A DNA stretch of 64,000 nt, from the NCBI GenBank assembly GCA_964036045.1, contig OZ038378.1, positions 6,448,001 to 6,512,000 of the forward strand, in the 5' to 3' direction. The translations under genes and the position numbers were made by a program. Position 1 is the first letter of the stretch; every line of letters starts with the position of its first letter. Shown here in pieces: positions 1-10,848 of the stretch. The notes beneath the pieces are model-generated. The model made no database searches, had not been told where the DNA came from, and saw only the letters and a program-made list of their open reading frames with translations. The DNA comes from Eutreptiella sp. 'Long Island Sound 2002' (lineage: Eukaryota; Protista; Euglenida).

Positions 1-1
1 T

Positions 2-865
2 TTTTATGTGGGAAGGAGACAACGAAAACTTTTGAAACTTGAGCACCCCCAGCCCGCTGGCGAACTGAGTCTCGGTGACAAGCTCCGAGCGCAACTTGTC
101 GTAATCCTTGAACACTTCCTCGACACGGATACGGTTCGTGAGAACTTGCTTTTGCAACTCCACAAGCAAAGATTGGATGCCGTAGTCACTTTTCTGCTCG
201 GTGCGACGTCCTTCCCGTTTGACTTCGACAGGTAGGCGCTTCGCTTCGATTGCATCCTCGACATCCCGAACCCAAGCCAAATAGTCCACGTCCCCGGAGG
301 CAGAATCTTGATATCGCTGCAAAAGAATTCTAGTTGTGTCGGCATCCACTCGAAAAGGGAAGCACCGCAGGAATTGCGAAACGGTCACGCGGCCGTTGCA
401 GTGATTGTCGAAATCTCGAAATGGCTCCTTCAGCATGATGCCTCGTGCCATCGTCTCAGCGACGAAGTGCTCCATTTCTCGGTTGTATTTCGCATACTGC
501 TCCTCAGTTAGGGGGTTCGCAGCACGCTTCCTTGGTGACAGGAAGTTTTGTTGCATGGGGCTCCTCACAGTGGGGCTCTTTTCAAGATTCTTCACCGTGA
601 ACACGTTGTCAACGGCGTCACAGAACTGGACGTAGTTGACCTTGTTGTGCTCGGTGGGACTCTTGTAGTGTAGGAACAACTGTTCGTAATCTGATTGTGT
701 CACCTGGTTGACCACTCCCAACATGTTCAGACATCTTTGAAATTGATATGGCGTGATCAGACCTGATCGGAGCTTGTCAAAGTCCTGGAAGAACTCCGTT
801 ACGCGGACTCGGTTGTTCTTACAGTGAGTTCGAATCTTCTGGAGTATCTCCTGAATGTCCGCCAT
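2..865 (-). CDS. EF-hand repeat protein, N-terminal 288 aa, truncated by window edge, intronless in the visible part
   Basis: Manual minus-strand translation from ATG at 865 is open to the edge (absent from the ORF track because no stop lies in the window): MADIQEILQKIRTHCKNNRVRVTEFFQDFDKLRSGLITPYQFQRCL...LKEPFRDFDNHCNGRVTVSQFLRCF...IRVEEVFKDYDKLRSELVTETQFASGL. Three F-x-D-F/Y-D-x3-G-x-I/V-T-x2-Q-F EF-hand-like units. Confidence 0.85.
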   Translation of the reverse strand, partial: MADIQEILQKIRTHCKNNRVRVTEFFQDFDKLRSGLITPYQFQRCLNMLGVVNQVTQSDYEQLFLHYKSPTEHNKVNYVQFCDAVDNVFTVKNLEKSPTVRSPMQQNFLSPRKRAANPLTEEQYAKYNREMEHFVAETMARGIMLKEPFRDFDNHCNGRVTVSQFLRCFPFRVDADTTRILLQRYQDSASGDVDYLAWVRDVEDAIEAKRLPVEVKREGRRTEQKSDYGIQSLLVELQKQVLTNRIRVEEVFKDYDKLRSELVTETQFASGLGVLKFQKFSLSPSHIK

Positions 866-1729
866 GACTAACTTCACTGAGTGGTCACCACCCACCACTT
901 GCCAAACGACAAAGGATGGGACACAAGAGTACCCTCAAAGAAAGGCGGTATTGCAATGGGAAGCACCACAGAAGACTATTTTAGGAGGCTCTTCTGTTTT
1001 GGACCTTTTGTGGTGACACCAAGCTTCCCGTTTGGATAGATGTTGTTGGACTTAGTCTGTGGGTCTCCCTGAAACTCATTAACGGGCAAAGTAAGCAAGC
1101 ATCAAAACAAACAGAAGCACCCATATTGCAAAGGAAATGTCTTAGCTCGAGGAAGGTCTGCGGAGCCTTTGGACAGAAGCCCGACGCGTGCAGCAAGTCA
1201 GAGTCTACTCAAACCCTCCGCCCGTGCATCTTGCAGCATCTGCAAAGACATTGTCAGAGCCTCATGACCGTCGCATGCACTGTGCACCCTCTCCCTGTCG
1301 TCAGCTTGCTGCAGGGTGCTAGCCAGCCTACATACCTACATACCCCATTTTTCACCACATTTCCGGCAAACGCAACAAACAGGGGTGCTCTGACAGTATG
1401 CAAGCAGGGGGGGGGGGGGGCGATGCCGCAATGTACGTCAGTCCGGAAATCAAGCAGTCGTTCACCCTGTGTCGAGCAGACTATCCATCTGTTGTAGTTT
1501 CCTCGGGCCAAAATTTTCGAGGAATTTTCTGAATTTCTGGAACACGCGTAAGACGCTCCTTGAGAGCCGAAGTAGCCGAAGGAGCCAACTCAATCAATTC
1601 AATTCAATTTGACCGTATAAATGTTGATTCGGCTGCAAAATCCACAGTCTCTAAATCCGAATGTTGCAACTGTTCGTTTTTTCGACACGTTTTGCATGAT
1701 AGCTTCTTGGCTCTTTTCAGCAACAGGCG
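866..1729. promoter_or_regulatory. Divergent intergenic region with candidate trans-splice acceptors
   Basis: 864 bp between two head-to-head ATGs. Pyrimidine tract plus AG (cttcttggctcttttcAG, AG at 1719-1720) lies 9 nt before the kinesin ATG; G14 tract at 1407-1420. Regulatory function is inferred from position. Confidence 0.45.
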
Positions 1730-4700
1730 ATGTCGAAGGTGGAATTCCCCAACCAACCAGTGAACATACAGGTGGTGGTTCGCTGCCGACCACCAACCGT
1801 GAAGGAGAAGTTAACGCAAGTCATGGCGGTGTCCACGAAAGCCAAGCGCGAGGTCAGCGTTAACATGAAGTGTGGCCAAAACACTATGAACAAGGTTTTC
1901 AAGTTCGATGAAGTGTATGACCAAGATGCGAGCCAGGAGCAAGTCTACCGGGGAACCATCAAGCCCATCGTTGGTGAGGTACTCACTGGATACAACTGCA
2001 CGGTTTTCGCGTACGGTCAAACAGGTACTGGCAAAACATATACCATGGAGGGAGCTTTCGACCAGGCAGCCCCCTCAGAGGGAACATCTAAACTTGGAAA
2101 ATTTGCTGGAGTAATCCCCCGTGCCATACAACAGATTTTCAACACCTTGGAGCGAAGTGGCTGCGTTTACACTGTCAAACTGTCTATACTTGAGTTATAC
2201 AACGAAGAGCTTCACGATATGCTATCTCCAGACGAAGACGTGACAAAGGACCTGGGGAAACGAGCCAAATCCAAGCTTCGCCTTTTTGACGACACCACAA
2301 GGAAAGGGATGGGCACGGGTCAGGGTGGAACTGCAATGAGCACTGCTGGTGGGGTTACGATATCGGGGCTCGAGGAAGTCCCTGTTCGGCGGCTTTCTGA
2401 GGTGCTGGAGCTGATGAAGAAAGCCACAGATCGTCGACAAATAGCGGAGACCAAGCTTAATGCCACCTCCAGTCGATCACACATGATCACGACAGTTACC
2501 TTGCACATGAAAGAAACAACAGACACTGGCGAGGACCTGTGGAAGGTGGGCAAGTTGAACCTGGTCGATCTGGCAGGTTCTGAAAACATCATGCGTTCTG
2601 GAGCTCACGGCAAGAACCAAAAGGAAGCAGGCATGATCAACCAGTCACTCCTGACCCTGGGTCGAGTGATCAACGCCCTTGTTGAAGGCCAGCCTCATGT
2701 GCCTTACCGGGAGAGCAAGCTGACCCGTCTGTTGCAGGACTCCCTCGGTGGCAAAACAAAAACTTGCATAATTGCAACAATTGCTCCCACTTCCGCGTGC
2801 ATCGAAGAAACCACTAGCACCTTGGAATATGCACACCGTGCAAAGAGTATCAAAAATCGCCCGGAAGTAAACCAGCGCATGACGAAGAAACACGTGGTAA
2901 AGGAGATCATGGAGACCAACGACGAGTTGCAACGGCTGTTGATGGCCGCCCGAGAAAAAAGCGGAATCTACCTGCCGACTGAAATATACGAGAGACAGGA
3001 GGAAGAGCGCCTGGCCTTGCAAGGACGCGTCGAGGAGCTCGAAGAGAAAGTGGATGATTATCGCAGAAGCAGTCGCCTGAAAGACAAGAAGTTGCAAATG
3101 ATGAACGATGTTCTCGCGCAACTTCAAAAACAAGTCATTGGTCTCGACGAAGGCAATAGTACACACATGAATACTTTTGAGCAAGTTCATCAGAAGTCTT
3201 GCGATAAGCTGCTGGCCACGATCGACGAAATGCGCACCAGGAACGACCAAGTGCTGGAAGAATTGCATAAGGTTTTTGAGAAGATCGGCAGCTGGGTTTG
3301 TGACGTCAACAAGCGGCAGGCCGATGACCTATCCGGAAACAATCACCGCCTCCAGGAGTTGCTTAAAACTGTTGTTGAGCATGCTGAGACTGTGAAACAG
3401 TGGAATCTGAAGGTGGTTGAGGAATGTGTCGCTGCCGGAGAGCAGCTGGGTCTGCACGTTGGCTGTTTGAAACAGGATATTCTGCGAGTGAACAACGAGT
3501 GTGTTGAGGTTGTGACAGCGGCGAAGGAAGATTTCCAGGGGTTTCTGACGCGAATCAACGGGCGACTTAAGGCAGAAGTATTCGACAGTCAGCTAGCTTC
3601 ATTCGCAACATTGGAAGACCATGCTCAAAAACTTGCGGCAGTGCACGCCCGTCGCGTGCCTATGGTCAGCTCTGCAGTCAACCAGGTTTTGCAGAACGAA
3701 TTGCGTGGTGTGGTCAAAGGAGCAGACGAGATGCATCACCGCAACTGGAATATGTTTGATGCTGCTTTCGAGAAGCTCACTGAGGCTATGGGTGCGTTTG
3801 CACTGATGCAAAAGGAAAACCGCTCTGCACGGCAGCAAGATTTGACCCAGTTGGCGACACACGTTGACGAGGCTTCAAGCAGTGTTTCCAGCACGCTGCA
3901 GAAGGAGCTGGATTCCCTGAACACTGATGTCATGGACAAGACTCAGCAACTTTGCACCGACAGCCGATCCGCCAGGATAGAGTTGGACAACACCGTTGAC
4001 TCTATTTCGGGCAGTCTGGTCGACTACACGCGGCACGTTGACCACACTTGCGCGAAAAGTTTGGGCTTCCCGAAGGCTGTGGACTGCATAACCCAGGATT
4101 TTGCGGCTTGCGTGGAAAACCAAGAGGCACAGTTGCAGTCCACAGTTTTGTACAACAACCAAGCAATCGCTGGTACCCTGGAAAGCCTGGTGAAGACCAA
4201 GGAGGGTGAGATTCGAGCTCTCCAACAGCAAAATGTTGTTCTGCAGCAACGAGGAGCTGACTTCTGTGCTCGTCTTCCGTCGCAAATTGAGGGATTGGAG
4301 GCAACGCAACGTGTCAAGGGCCACTGCGAATCGTGTAGAAGTCTGCTGCCTTCTCACAAAACAAATTTGCAGGAAGTTACCAACGAATGCCACAAGAGAG
4401 TCTCCCAACATGCCAATCTGGTGAAGCAGTTCGTCGCCAACCATCAGACTGCCACACAGGAGGCTGCTGAAATTGAGGACGAGGAATGGGACAAGGAGAA
4501 CACCACCCCGTTGTCGTCTCCGGATAGTCGGTCGTGTAAGCCAGCAACGCCCCTGACGGACCCTCAGGGCCGGAAGCACATGAGAACTCCGCTGCAGGAG
4601 CTAGTGAATCGCGAATGCTTTGCAAAGTTGGGGTCGCCCAACAGTGGGAAACTCCCACCAACACCCGGCGGTAGTAAGATGGTCTCTCCAAACAACAAAA

Positions 4701-4798
4701 ACATGGTTTCCCCGACCGCTCAGAAGGCAACAACAACCTCACCCACAAAAACGCTGTCTCCCCAACGCGCACTGTTTTCGGAGGATATGGAGATGTAA
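1730..4798 (+). CDS. KIF11: Kinesin-5 (BimC/Eg5 family) motor, 1022 aa, intronless
   Basis: VVVRCRP; P-loop GYNCTVFAYGQTGTGKTYTMEG; switch I NATSSRSH; switch II LNLVDLAGSEN; EAGMINQSLLTLGRVI; HVPYRESKLTRLLQDSLGG; kinesin-5-type neck KSIKNRPEVNQ; long coiled-coil stalk; S/T-P-rich tail. Confidence 0.95.
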   Translation: MSKVEFPNQPVNIQVVVRCRPPTVKEKLTQVMAVSTKAKREVSVNMKCGQNTMNKVFKFDEVYDQDASQEQVYRGTIKPIVGEVLTGYNCTVFAYGQTGTGKTYTMEGAFDQAAPSEGTSKLGKFAGVIPRAIQQIFNTLERSGCVYTVKLSILELYNEELHDMLSPDEDVTKDLGKRAKSKLRLFDDTTRKGMGTGQGGTAMSTAGGVTISGLEEVPVRRLSEVLELMKKATDRRQIAETKLNATSSRSHMITTVTLHMKETTDTGEDLWKVGKLNLVDLAGSENIMRSGAHGKNQKEAGMINQSLLTLGRVINALVEGQPHVPYRESKLTRLLQDSLGGKTKTCIIATIAPTSACIEETTSTLEYAHRAKSIKNRPEVNQRMTKKHVVKEIMETNDELQRLLMAAREKSGIYLPTEIYERQEEERLALQGRVEELEEKVDDYRRSSRLKDKKLQMMNDVLAQLQKQVIGLDEGNSTHMNTFEQVHQKSCDKLLATIDEMRTRNDQVLEELHKVFEKIGSWVCDVNKRQADDLSGNNHRLQELLKTVVEHAETVKQWNLKVVEECVAAGEQLGLHVGCLKQDILRVNNECVEVVTAAKEDFQGFLTRINGRLKAEVFDSQLASFATLEDHAQKLAAVHARRVPMVSSAVNQVLQNELRGVVKGADEMHHRNWNMFDAAFEKLTEAMGAFALMQKENRSARQQDLTQLATHVDEASSSVSSTLQKELDSLNTDVMDKTQQLCTDSRSARIELDNTVDSISGSLVDYTRHVDHTCAKSLGFPKAVDCITQDFAACVENQEAQLQSTVLYNNQAIAGTLESLVKTKEGEIRALQQQNVVLQQRGADFCARLPSQIEGLEATQRVKGHCESCRSLLPSHKTNLQEVTNECHKRVSQHANLVKQFVANHQTATQEAAEIEDEEWDKENTTPLSSPDSRSCKPATPLTDPQGRKHMRTPLQELVNRECFAKLGSPNSGKLPPTPGGSKMVSPNNKNMVSPTAQKATTTSPTKTLSPQRALFSEDMEM

Positions 4799-6548
4799 CG
4801 AGTATGTATTGATTTTTTTTTTCTGCAGAAATCCGCTCTTGTCCAATATTGTACCATTACCTAGTCACTTTGGAAGTATCTTCATGCCCCATGGGTGTGC
4901 AGCTCTGGCCTGCGAACAAAACTGACTGGCGTGGAGCTGGACAGCACTTGTCGTGAGGAGGTTTTCATGTTGTGAAACCTCGCCCGTTCTTGCAGGTTTG
5001 CTGATGTGCCAGAACCGAATGCTTAATGACCTCCACCAATTTGGTCAGTGCTTGAAGTACAGGGATTGTCGTCCCTCTTGCAGTTGGTGTTTGTAAATAT
5101 GTCAATTTCCTAACCGTAACTTCGGCGATCATGTGTTTTCCATCTCCTAGATGTACATTTTATCCATTTTTCTCACTGCACTCTCTGTATTTTGAAAGTT
5201 CCTGCGTGGCAATGTTGGGATATTTGGTTGGACAGGGAACAAAGTATTCATTCAGTGGGTTGTTGAATTCCAATTTTTTGAGTTGGATTGAGATTACGGG
5301 CCTGAGGTATGATATTGGATGTTTAACCTTGTGAAATCATCATTTTGGGATTGGCCCTGAGTTGGCCCCCATGTAATTTTTGGATGTTTTATCCTCAATG
5401 CGAATTATTTTTTGCTGGCGGTGGGGCTCAAAAAACTTCGCTAACAGAGGTTGTTAACCATGATGTTGACCAGATGAAACCCATGGGGATGGGAAACACC
5501 ACATACCCCCCCCCTCCCCCTACGCCCACTCTTTTTGTGCCCATTCGTGCACCATGGCCCAGCTGAAGGGGGGGGGGGGGGCGACAATTTTTTTCTGGCT
5601 GAAAAAGCGTGGAATTCGGAGAGATTTCCTAAAGCGTGTGGGATGATTTCAACGACGCAGGGCACGAGTCAGGGGACAGCACCTGGCGCTCTCCCCTTTG
5701 CTGTCTTCATCTTCAGGACCCACCGAAACCACCCATGTAGTTTGCTGTGGCCAGGTTGTTGGCATTGGCTCTTAAGTTGGAACATATGGATGACAAGTGT
5801 GGCGCCTTTTGTGTTCTTTATGTTGTCCCATATTTGGTCGGATAGCTCGGCAGTCCGAGTGGAATGCATGAGGATGCTTTGGGACACAGCTGATGGGGCA
5901 GGCGCACGGGTTGGGGCATTGGGAACTTGACCTAGCCCGCTGACTGAGAGTGGCATTTGTTCAAACATGTCCATGTGTGCACATTTCCAATGTCGGACCC
6001 ACACCTAGGGCAATTATGCTTTGCCTGCTGTCTTATCCTGTCTGACTTTTCTTGGGTCAGGGGGGTTATGCACAGCCCAAGTTTACTGACTTTCTGGTTC
6101 TTTTTTTCAAAATCTGATTCCACTGCTGAGTCACTTTTTTGCAGAGTACACCTGAAATTTTGTTGTGTCTGCGACTTCGTTGGCTTTGACAATCCGCACC
6201 TTTATTGTTTTGCCCGAAGAGCACCCCCTCTTTCAGTGATTTCAGCTGGGCACACAAATTTTTGCTGATGCGAAAAGTCTACTTGACACTTTAGTGCACC
6301 TCTATTTGTTGTGATGGAACTCGACTCCAAGGACCTCCTGCCCTCGGGTGGGCAGAAGGGGACTGTAACAAGTGCAACGGAATTGGAACAAATGTAGCCG
6401 AACGGTAATGGGACGTTGGGGCACTACACACACACTGCGCAAACTTTTCGGAGATTGTGACACACCCAAAATCGGCCCTTCTTGAAGGATGTCTTTTTTG
6501 CTTTATTTTTTTATCCGCCCCGACATTAAACAAGATTTGAGGGCCAAT

Positions 6549-6574
6549 CGAAAAAAAATAGACACTCAGGAAGT
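6549..6574 (-). other. Euglenid spliced-leader exon sequence (SL relic), not an SL RNA gene
   Basis: Minus strand reads ACTTCCTGAGTGTCTATTTTTTTTCG; the Euglena gracilis SL as I recall it is ACTTTCTGAGTGTCTATTTTTTTTCG (25/26). Followed by ATTGGC, not the GT donor an SL RNA gene would have. Confidence 0.85.
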
Positions 6575-6865
6575 GATTTGGTCCTGAGGAGCGGGGTAGG
6601 GACGACAACTCATTACCGAACCTCCAAATTATGGCTTAAGTTTGAGGTCCATCTGGACCAACGCATTACAACATAGTGGGGGCAGTACCCCCAACAAATC
6701 TTGATATTTCTTGATCACGTTAGTCAAACGATGGTCAAGGTTAAGGCTCTTAAGTTTTTCGGAAAGGTCCCCTTGAGCATGGAGGTTGCTTCTACCCAAT
6801 TTTTGTTCTTTTATTTGCCCTATAGTCTCCACTGACAGTTCATCATCACCCCTCCGTTGATGACT
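6575..6865 (-). mobile_element. Degenerate Ty3/gypsy pol fragment (protease-RT linker and start of RT), cut off at the SL relic
   Basis: One frame: ...LDHRLTNVIKKYQDLLGVLPPLCCNALVQMDLKLKP*FGGSVMSCRPYPAPQDQI then SL. The pattern L..KY.D.F..LP ... RPY..P is typical of the region just upstream of Ty3 RT; one premature TAA. Confidence 0.6.
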
Positions 6866-8634
6866 TTGTTGGGTATAATTAAGAGACTACACGACAGTAA
6901 ACTCTAGATCAGAGAGGGTGTATTCATCATCGATCATCGATGCTAATCATCGATGGTAGGGACCTCCCTCCGCGTCTCTCCGTTGGGGTGCTGCTTGTTA
7001 AGTGCTCCTGGTATGCTTCTTCGAGGGTCTACTTGTATTGTCACAAACTCTCCAAGTTTTTAATAAAATTAGTAAAACCAAATAGCAAATATAACTGCTA
7101 GTAATCAAAGGCCACCAAAGATGGGTCAAATCAAAGACATCAAAGGTTGTGCATATGAAAAGCCGAAACAAACACTTATGTACAGCTGAAATCAATTGGA
7201 TAAAGATGTTGTTGGAAAGATAGCTAAAAACCAATTGAAAAAGTAAAGAAAACTGCCACAGAGTCTCACCTTCTCACTTCGATGCTTCACTGAGATGTGA
7301 ACTCTGTGACAAGCCGGACATATGCTAATTTGGCATGGTATGTGGCCCATGAGGTCACTGCCATGTCATTGAGGTTCATCTTATCTAGCAAGGCTTTCTG
7401 GGGTTTGAACCCATGACTTTTTAAAAAAAGGTGCCTTAGCCCCTAGGGTGCATACCACTACGATAAGTGGGTACAGTTATGAAAAGATAAATATAAATGT
7501 ATGGGCTCTGAACCAAAGCAAGGCCACCACGACGTAGGATTTCCCATTGGGATCCCAAATTAACTTTATAAAGGTCTGGATTGGAGGGCAAATTGCCTAA
7601 TGAGGGATAGGGGGGCGGCTCCAACGAAGTCATTTGGTTTTTTGGATCATGGTAAAAGTTAGTGAACGGGTTTTCAAGGCAGTCTTGAACGTACGAGCAA
7701 TGTTGTCTATCGTGGCCAGCCAACTGCTAAAACGCAACACAATCGAGAAAACCAAAAAAGTGGCCATTAGCTTAGGGGATGGCAGGACTATACATTGACT
7801 AGGTAGGGTTGATGTGACTGCATGCCTGGGCAATGAAGAGGTGACCCAGCAGTGCAGTGCTTTTTTTTTTTGCGCTCAATGTTCACTTTAAGGTCCGTAC
7901 TGGACCGCAGAAAGGCAGTTCGGGGGAAGAAAATACACAAAGTGCTCTACACATGGCGCTTAGGCCTTATTGAATACGACATGTGCTGCCTGCGCTGCTT
8001 GAGGTGTGTGTGGTGTGAGAGCAGAAGAGGGGGTGTTGTGGTGGGAAGGAGGCTGGTGGTGGTTGCTACAATGGGTAGTGGTTGGTGGGGCTAGCCCCGT
8101 GGTTTTGTGATGCGGGTGGGCCCGTAAGTGGTAGAGATAGGAAGGACGCTTGCATGTGTGGGGGAGGCCTAAGGTGTACCTGGGCATCTGAGGGGCTGTA
8201 CCCTGGGGGGCACATAGTGTGTGTCACTGTTTTGGAAAGAATCCTAGCCCTTTAGAAAGTGGCTATCTCTGCAGTGAACTGTGGGTGTGTTCATTGTTTC
8301 TGGGTAGGGTTGGGACCTGAAAAATGTGAGGACTAAGACTTACTGGGTGTTTCTTAGTGAAAACCCAGAGGTCAAAGTACCCATTAGTACAAATCTGAAG
8401 ATAGATGTTGTATTGAAGGAGTGATTGAGAAACAAGAACGGACAGTGAAAAGTAAGTTTAGTACTGGAGACTTGATAGAGTGAGTTTCTGGGTAAAGATT
8501 ATGACGCATTTCGAAAGCAATCAGGAATATTGAGTGACAATAATCGGTGGCTGACTGCGCCAAAACCGCCAGGTGAAGTTGTTTCCTCTGCAATGTCCCT
8601 AGGCCTTGCACTGTGACTTTAACAGTGGCCTCTT

Positions 8635-8654
8635 CTCTCTCTCTCTCTCTCTCT
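8635..8654. repeat. (CT)n microsatellite
   Basis: About 10 CT units read directly. Confidence 0.9.
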
Positions 8655-8700
8655 TTCTCTGGAGCTGTCAGAGCGAAACGAATCCCGTGTGCGCTACGTG

Positions 8701-9683
8701 AACCGGTCCTATCGAATTAAGAAATATCAGTAGGTGCGGTCAGTCCGCGAAAACGGATTGGCTGCCCTACAAGTAGACCTCAATGACATTTAGGTGGAAT
8801 CGTTTGCGAGCAAGGAGCAGCAGCTGATGCAGCTTGACTGTTCATAGAACCTCAACAATGCCTATTGTTTCTATTGGAGAGTACTAGGGTTGTGCTATGC
8901 TAATCCCCGGTTCTCCCACCTGGCTGAAGTCTTAACTACGTTCGCCCTTGAAGGAGCGAGAGTGGTACTGTGTACCGCCGATTGGGGTATTGCAAAGAAG
9001 CACACCGACTAGAGGCGGCTATTGGCGCGTATGACTGTGCGGAGGACTGAAGTTCCAAACAGCCCTATATTTGTTCGTGAAGACTCTCAGCGGACTATGC
9101 CTGCTCTTCAATGGGGTAGTTTCTTGTCCATCGTTGATGGCTCTTTGAACCCCGTACCCATGAGTGACCTTGACAAAGAAGTACTCAAGGAGTTGATGAC
9201 CGAAAATGGGGCCTTACCCTCCATGACCCCAAAAAGAGATCATCTGAGTACCCTTCGGTCACTACTGCGAGTAACGAGAGCTATAATGAAGTAGAGATTG
9301 CTGCAATCTCTCCTCTTATGATTGACGTTGACGACCACCTACATGAGATTGCCAGTGCCATACCGTCGGTCGACCCGGAGGTATTAACCTTGAAGAACAG
9401 GGCCTTCCTGGCACAGGTGCTCCTGGAAGAGCTGGACCCGGAATCCACCGGTGCTCATTCTTCCGACCATAATGTCCAGTCAATGCAGTTCTCTGACAGC
9501 CCAACAGGTAAGTTTTCTAGCGCTAAACCCCCTCCCAATGACATGCCTATTTCCGAACATGGTGTTCAAGAGCTACAGAAAATGCTGTGGCCGAAAGCTG
9601 AGGGTATCGAGTGCCAAGCCGAGCGCCAAGCTCGCCTCCGGACTATGCAACATACAAATGATCCATCCCGGCTGAGTGCCTAG
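8701..9683 (+). pseudogene. Dead retroelement segment with Dam-like (N6-adenine) methyltransferase domain
   Basis: Frame from 8701: LQVDLNDI*VESFASKEQQLMQLDCS*NLNNAYCFYWRVLGLCYANPRFSHLAEVLTTFALEGARVVLCTADW. Matches D/E-x-FAS ... NAF..W....YANPPF...L.K..E.A..L..P.W of DIRS-type MT domains. Several in-frame TAGs; NPPF eroded to NPRF; continues in frame into ORF 9022-9294 and, after a frameshift, 9318-9683. Confidence 0.7.
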
Positions 9684-10002
9684 GCAAATGAAGACCCACT
9701 GGAGGATGAGGCGATTGAGTGTGGTGTTAAATTATGGATCTTCGTAACATTGCACATACCCTCAACAAAGACATGCAATTTCTATTGGAAAAGCGCCTCA
9801 AAATAATCTAGATTTCCACTGACTCCCAAAACCCTCTTCCTTGCGTCTTTTCCTAAATACTTTCTAATCCAAAACGGTACACAACTCTATCTTTGAAACA
9901 ATAACAGCCGTAGATTGTTTTGTTGCCGGGCAACCAAGCAGGTGGAGATCTTTTGCACAAAATGCTGATTCATTGAAAGGTGGAACGGCTATGTTCGCTA
10001 AG

Positions 10003-10848
10003 GAGAAATCATAACCTCATACCTTTTTGCACTTGAGAAATGTGTCCACTGAACCTAAATCAATCATGGTTTTGTAATTCTTTGCAATGGACGAAACTAT
10101 CCATCAGATTTTAGCGTAGCACAACACGCAATGAAAAGAGGGGGGCCTAACCTCCAATTTGAAGCATATATTTTCTAACTGCGTGTTTTCACATAAAAAA
10201 AACATAATTTGCGAAAGAGAAATCATAACCTCATACCTTTTTGCACTTGAGAAATGTGTCCACTGAACCTAAATCAATCATGGTTTTGTAATTCTTTGCA
10301 ATGGACGAAACTATCCATCAGATTTTAGCGTAGCACAACACGCAATGAAAAGAGGGGGGCCTAACCTCCAATTTGAAGCATATATTTTCTAACTGCGTGT
10401 TTTCACATAAAAAAAACATAATTTGCGAAAGAGAAATCATAACCTCATACCTTTTTGCACTTGAGAAATGTGTCCACTGAACCTAAATCAATCATGGTTT
10501 TGTAATTCTTTGCAATGGACGAAACTATCCATCAGATTTTAGCGTAGCACAACACGCAATGAAAAGAGGGGGGCCTAACCTCCAATTTGAAGCATATATT
10601 TTCTAACTGCGTGTTTTCACATAAAAAAAACATAATTTGCGAAAGAGAAATCATAACCTCATACCTTTTTGCACTTGAGAAATGTGTCCACTGAACCTAA
10701 ATCAATCATGGTTTTGTAATTCTTTGCAATGGACGAAACTATCCATCTCATTTTAGCGTAGCACAACACGCAACGAAAAGAGGGGGACGTAAACTCCAAT
10801 TTGAAGCATCTGCTTTTGAGCTGCGTGTTTTCACATAAAAAAAATAAT
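10003..10848. repeat. 214-bp AT-rich tandem array, about 3.95 copies
   Basis: Unit start gagaaatcataacc at 10003, 10217, 10431, 10645. First three copies look identical; the fourth diverges in its 3' half. Confidence 0.95.

Noticed and set aside
1811-4772. Antisense and alternative-frame ORFs inside kinesin-5 (likewise inside the LINE and KDZ ORFs)
   Set aside because: Shadow ORFs of real coding sequence.
6549-6574. Functional SL RNA gene
   Set aside because: The exon is followed by ATTGG, not a GT donor; no tandem SL/5S repeat context.
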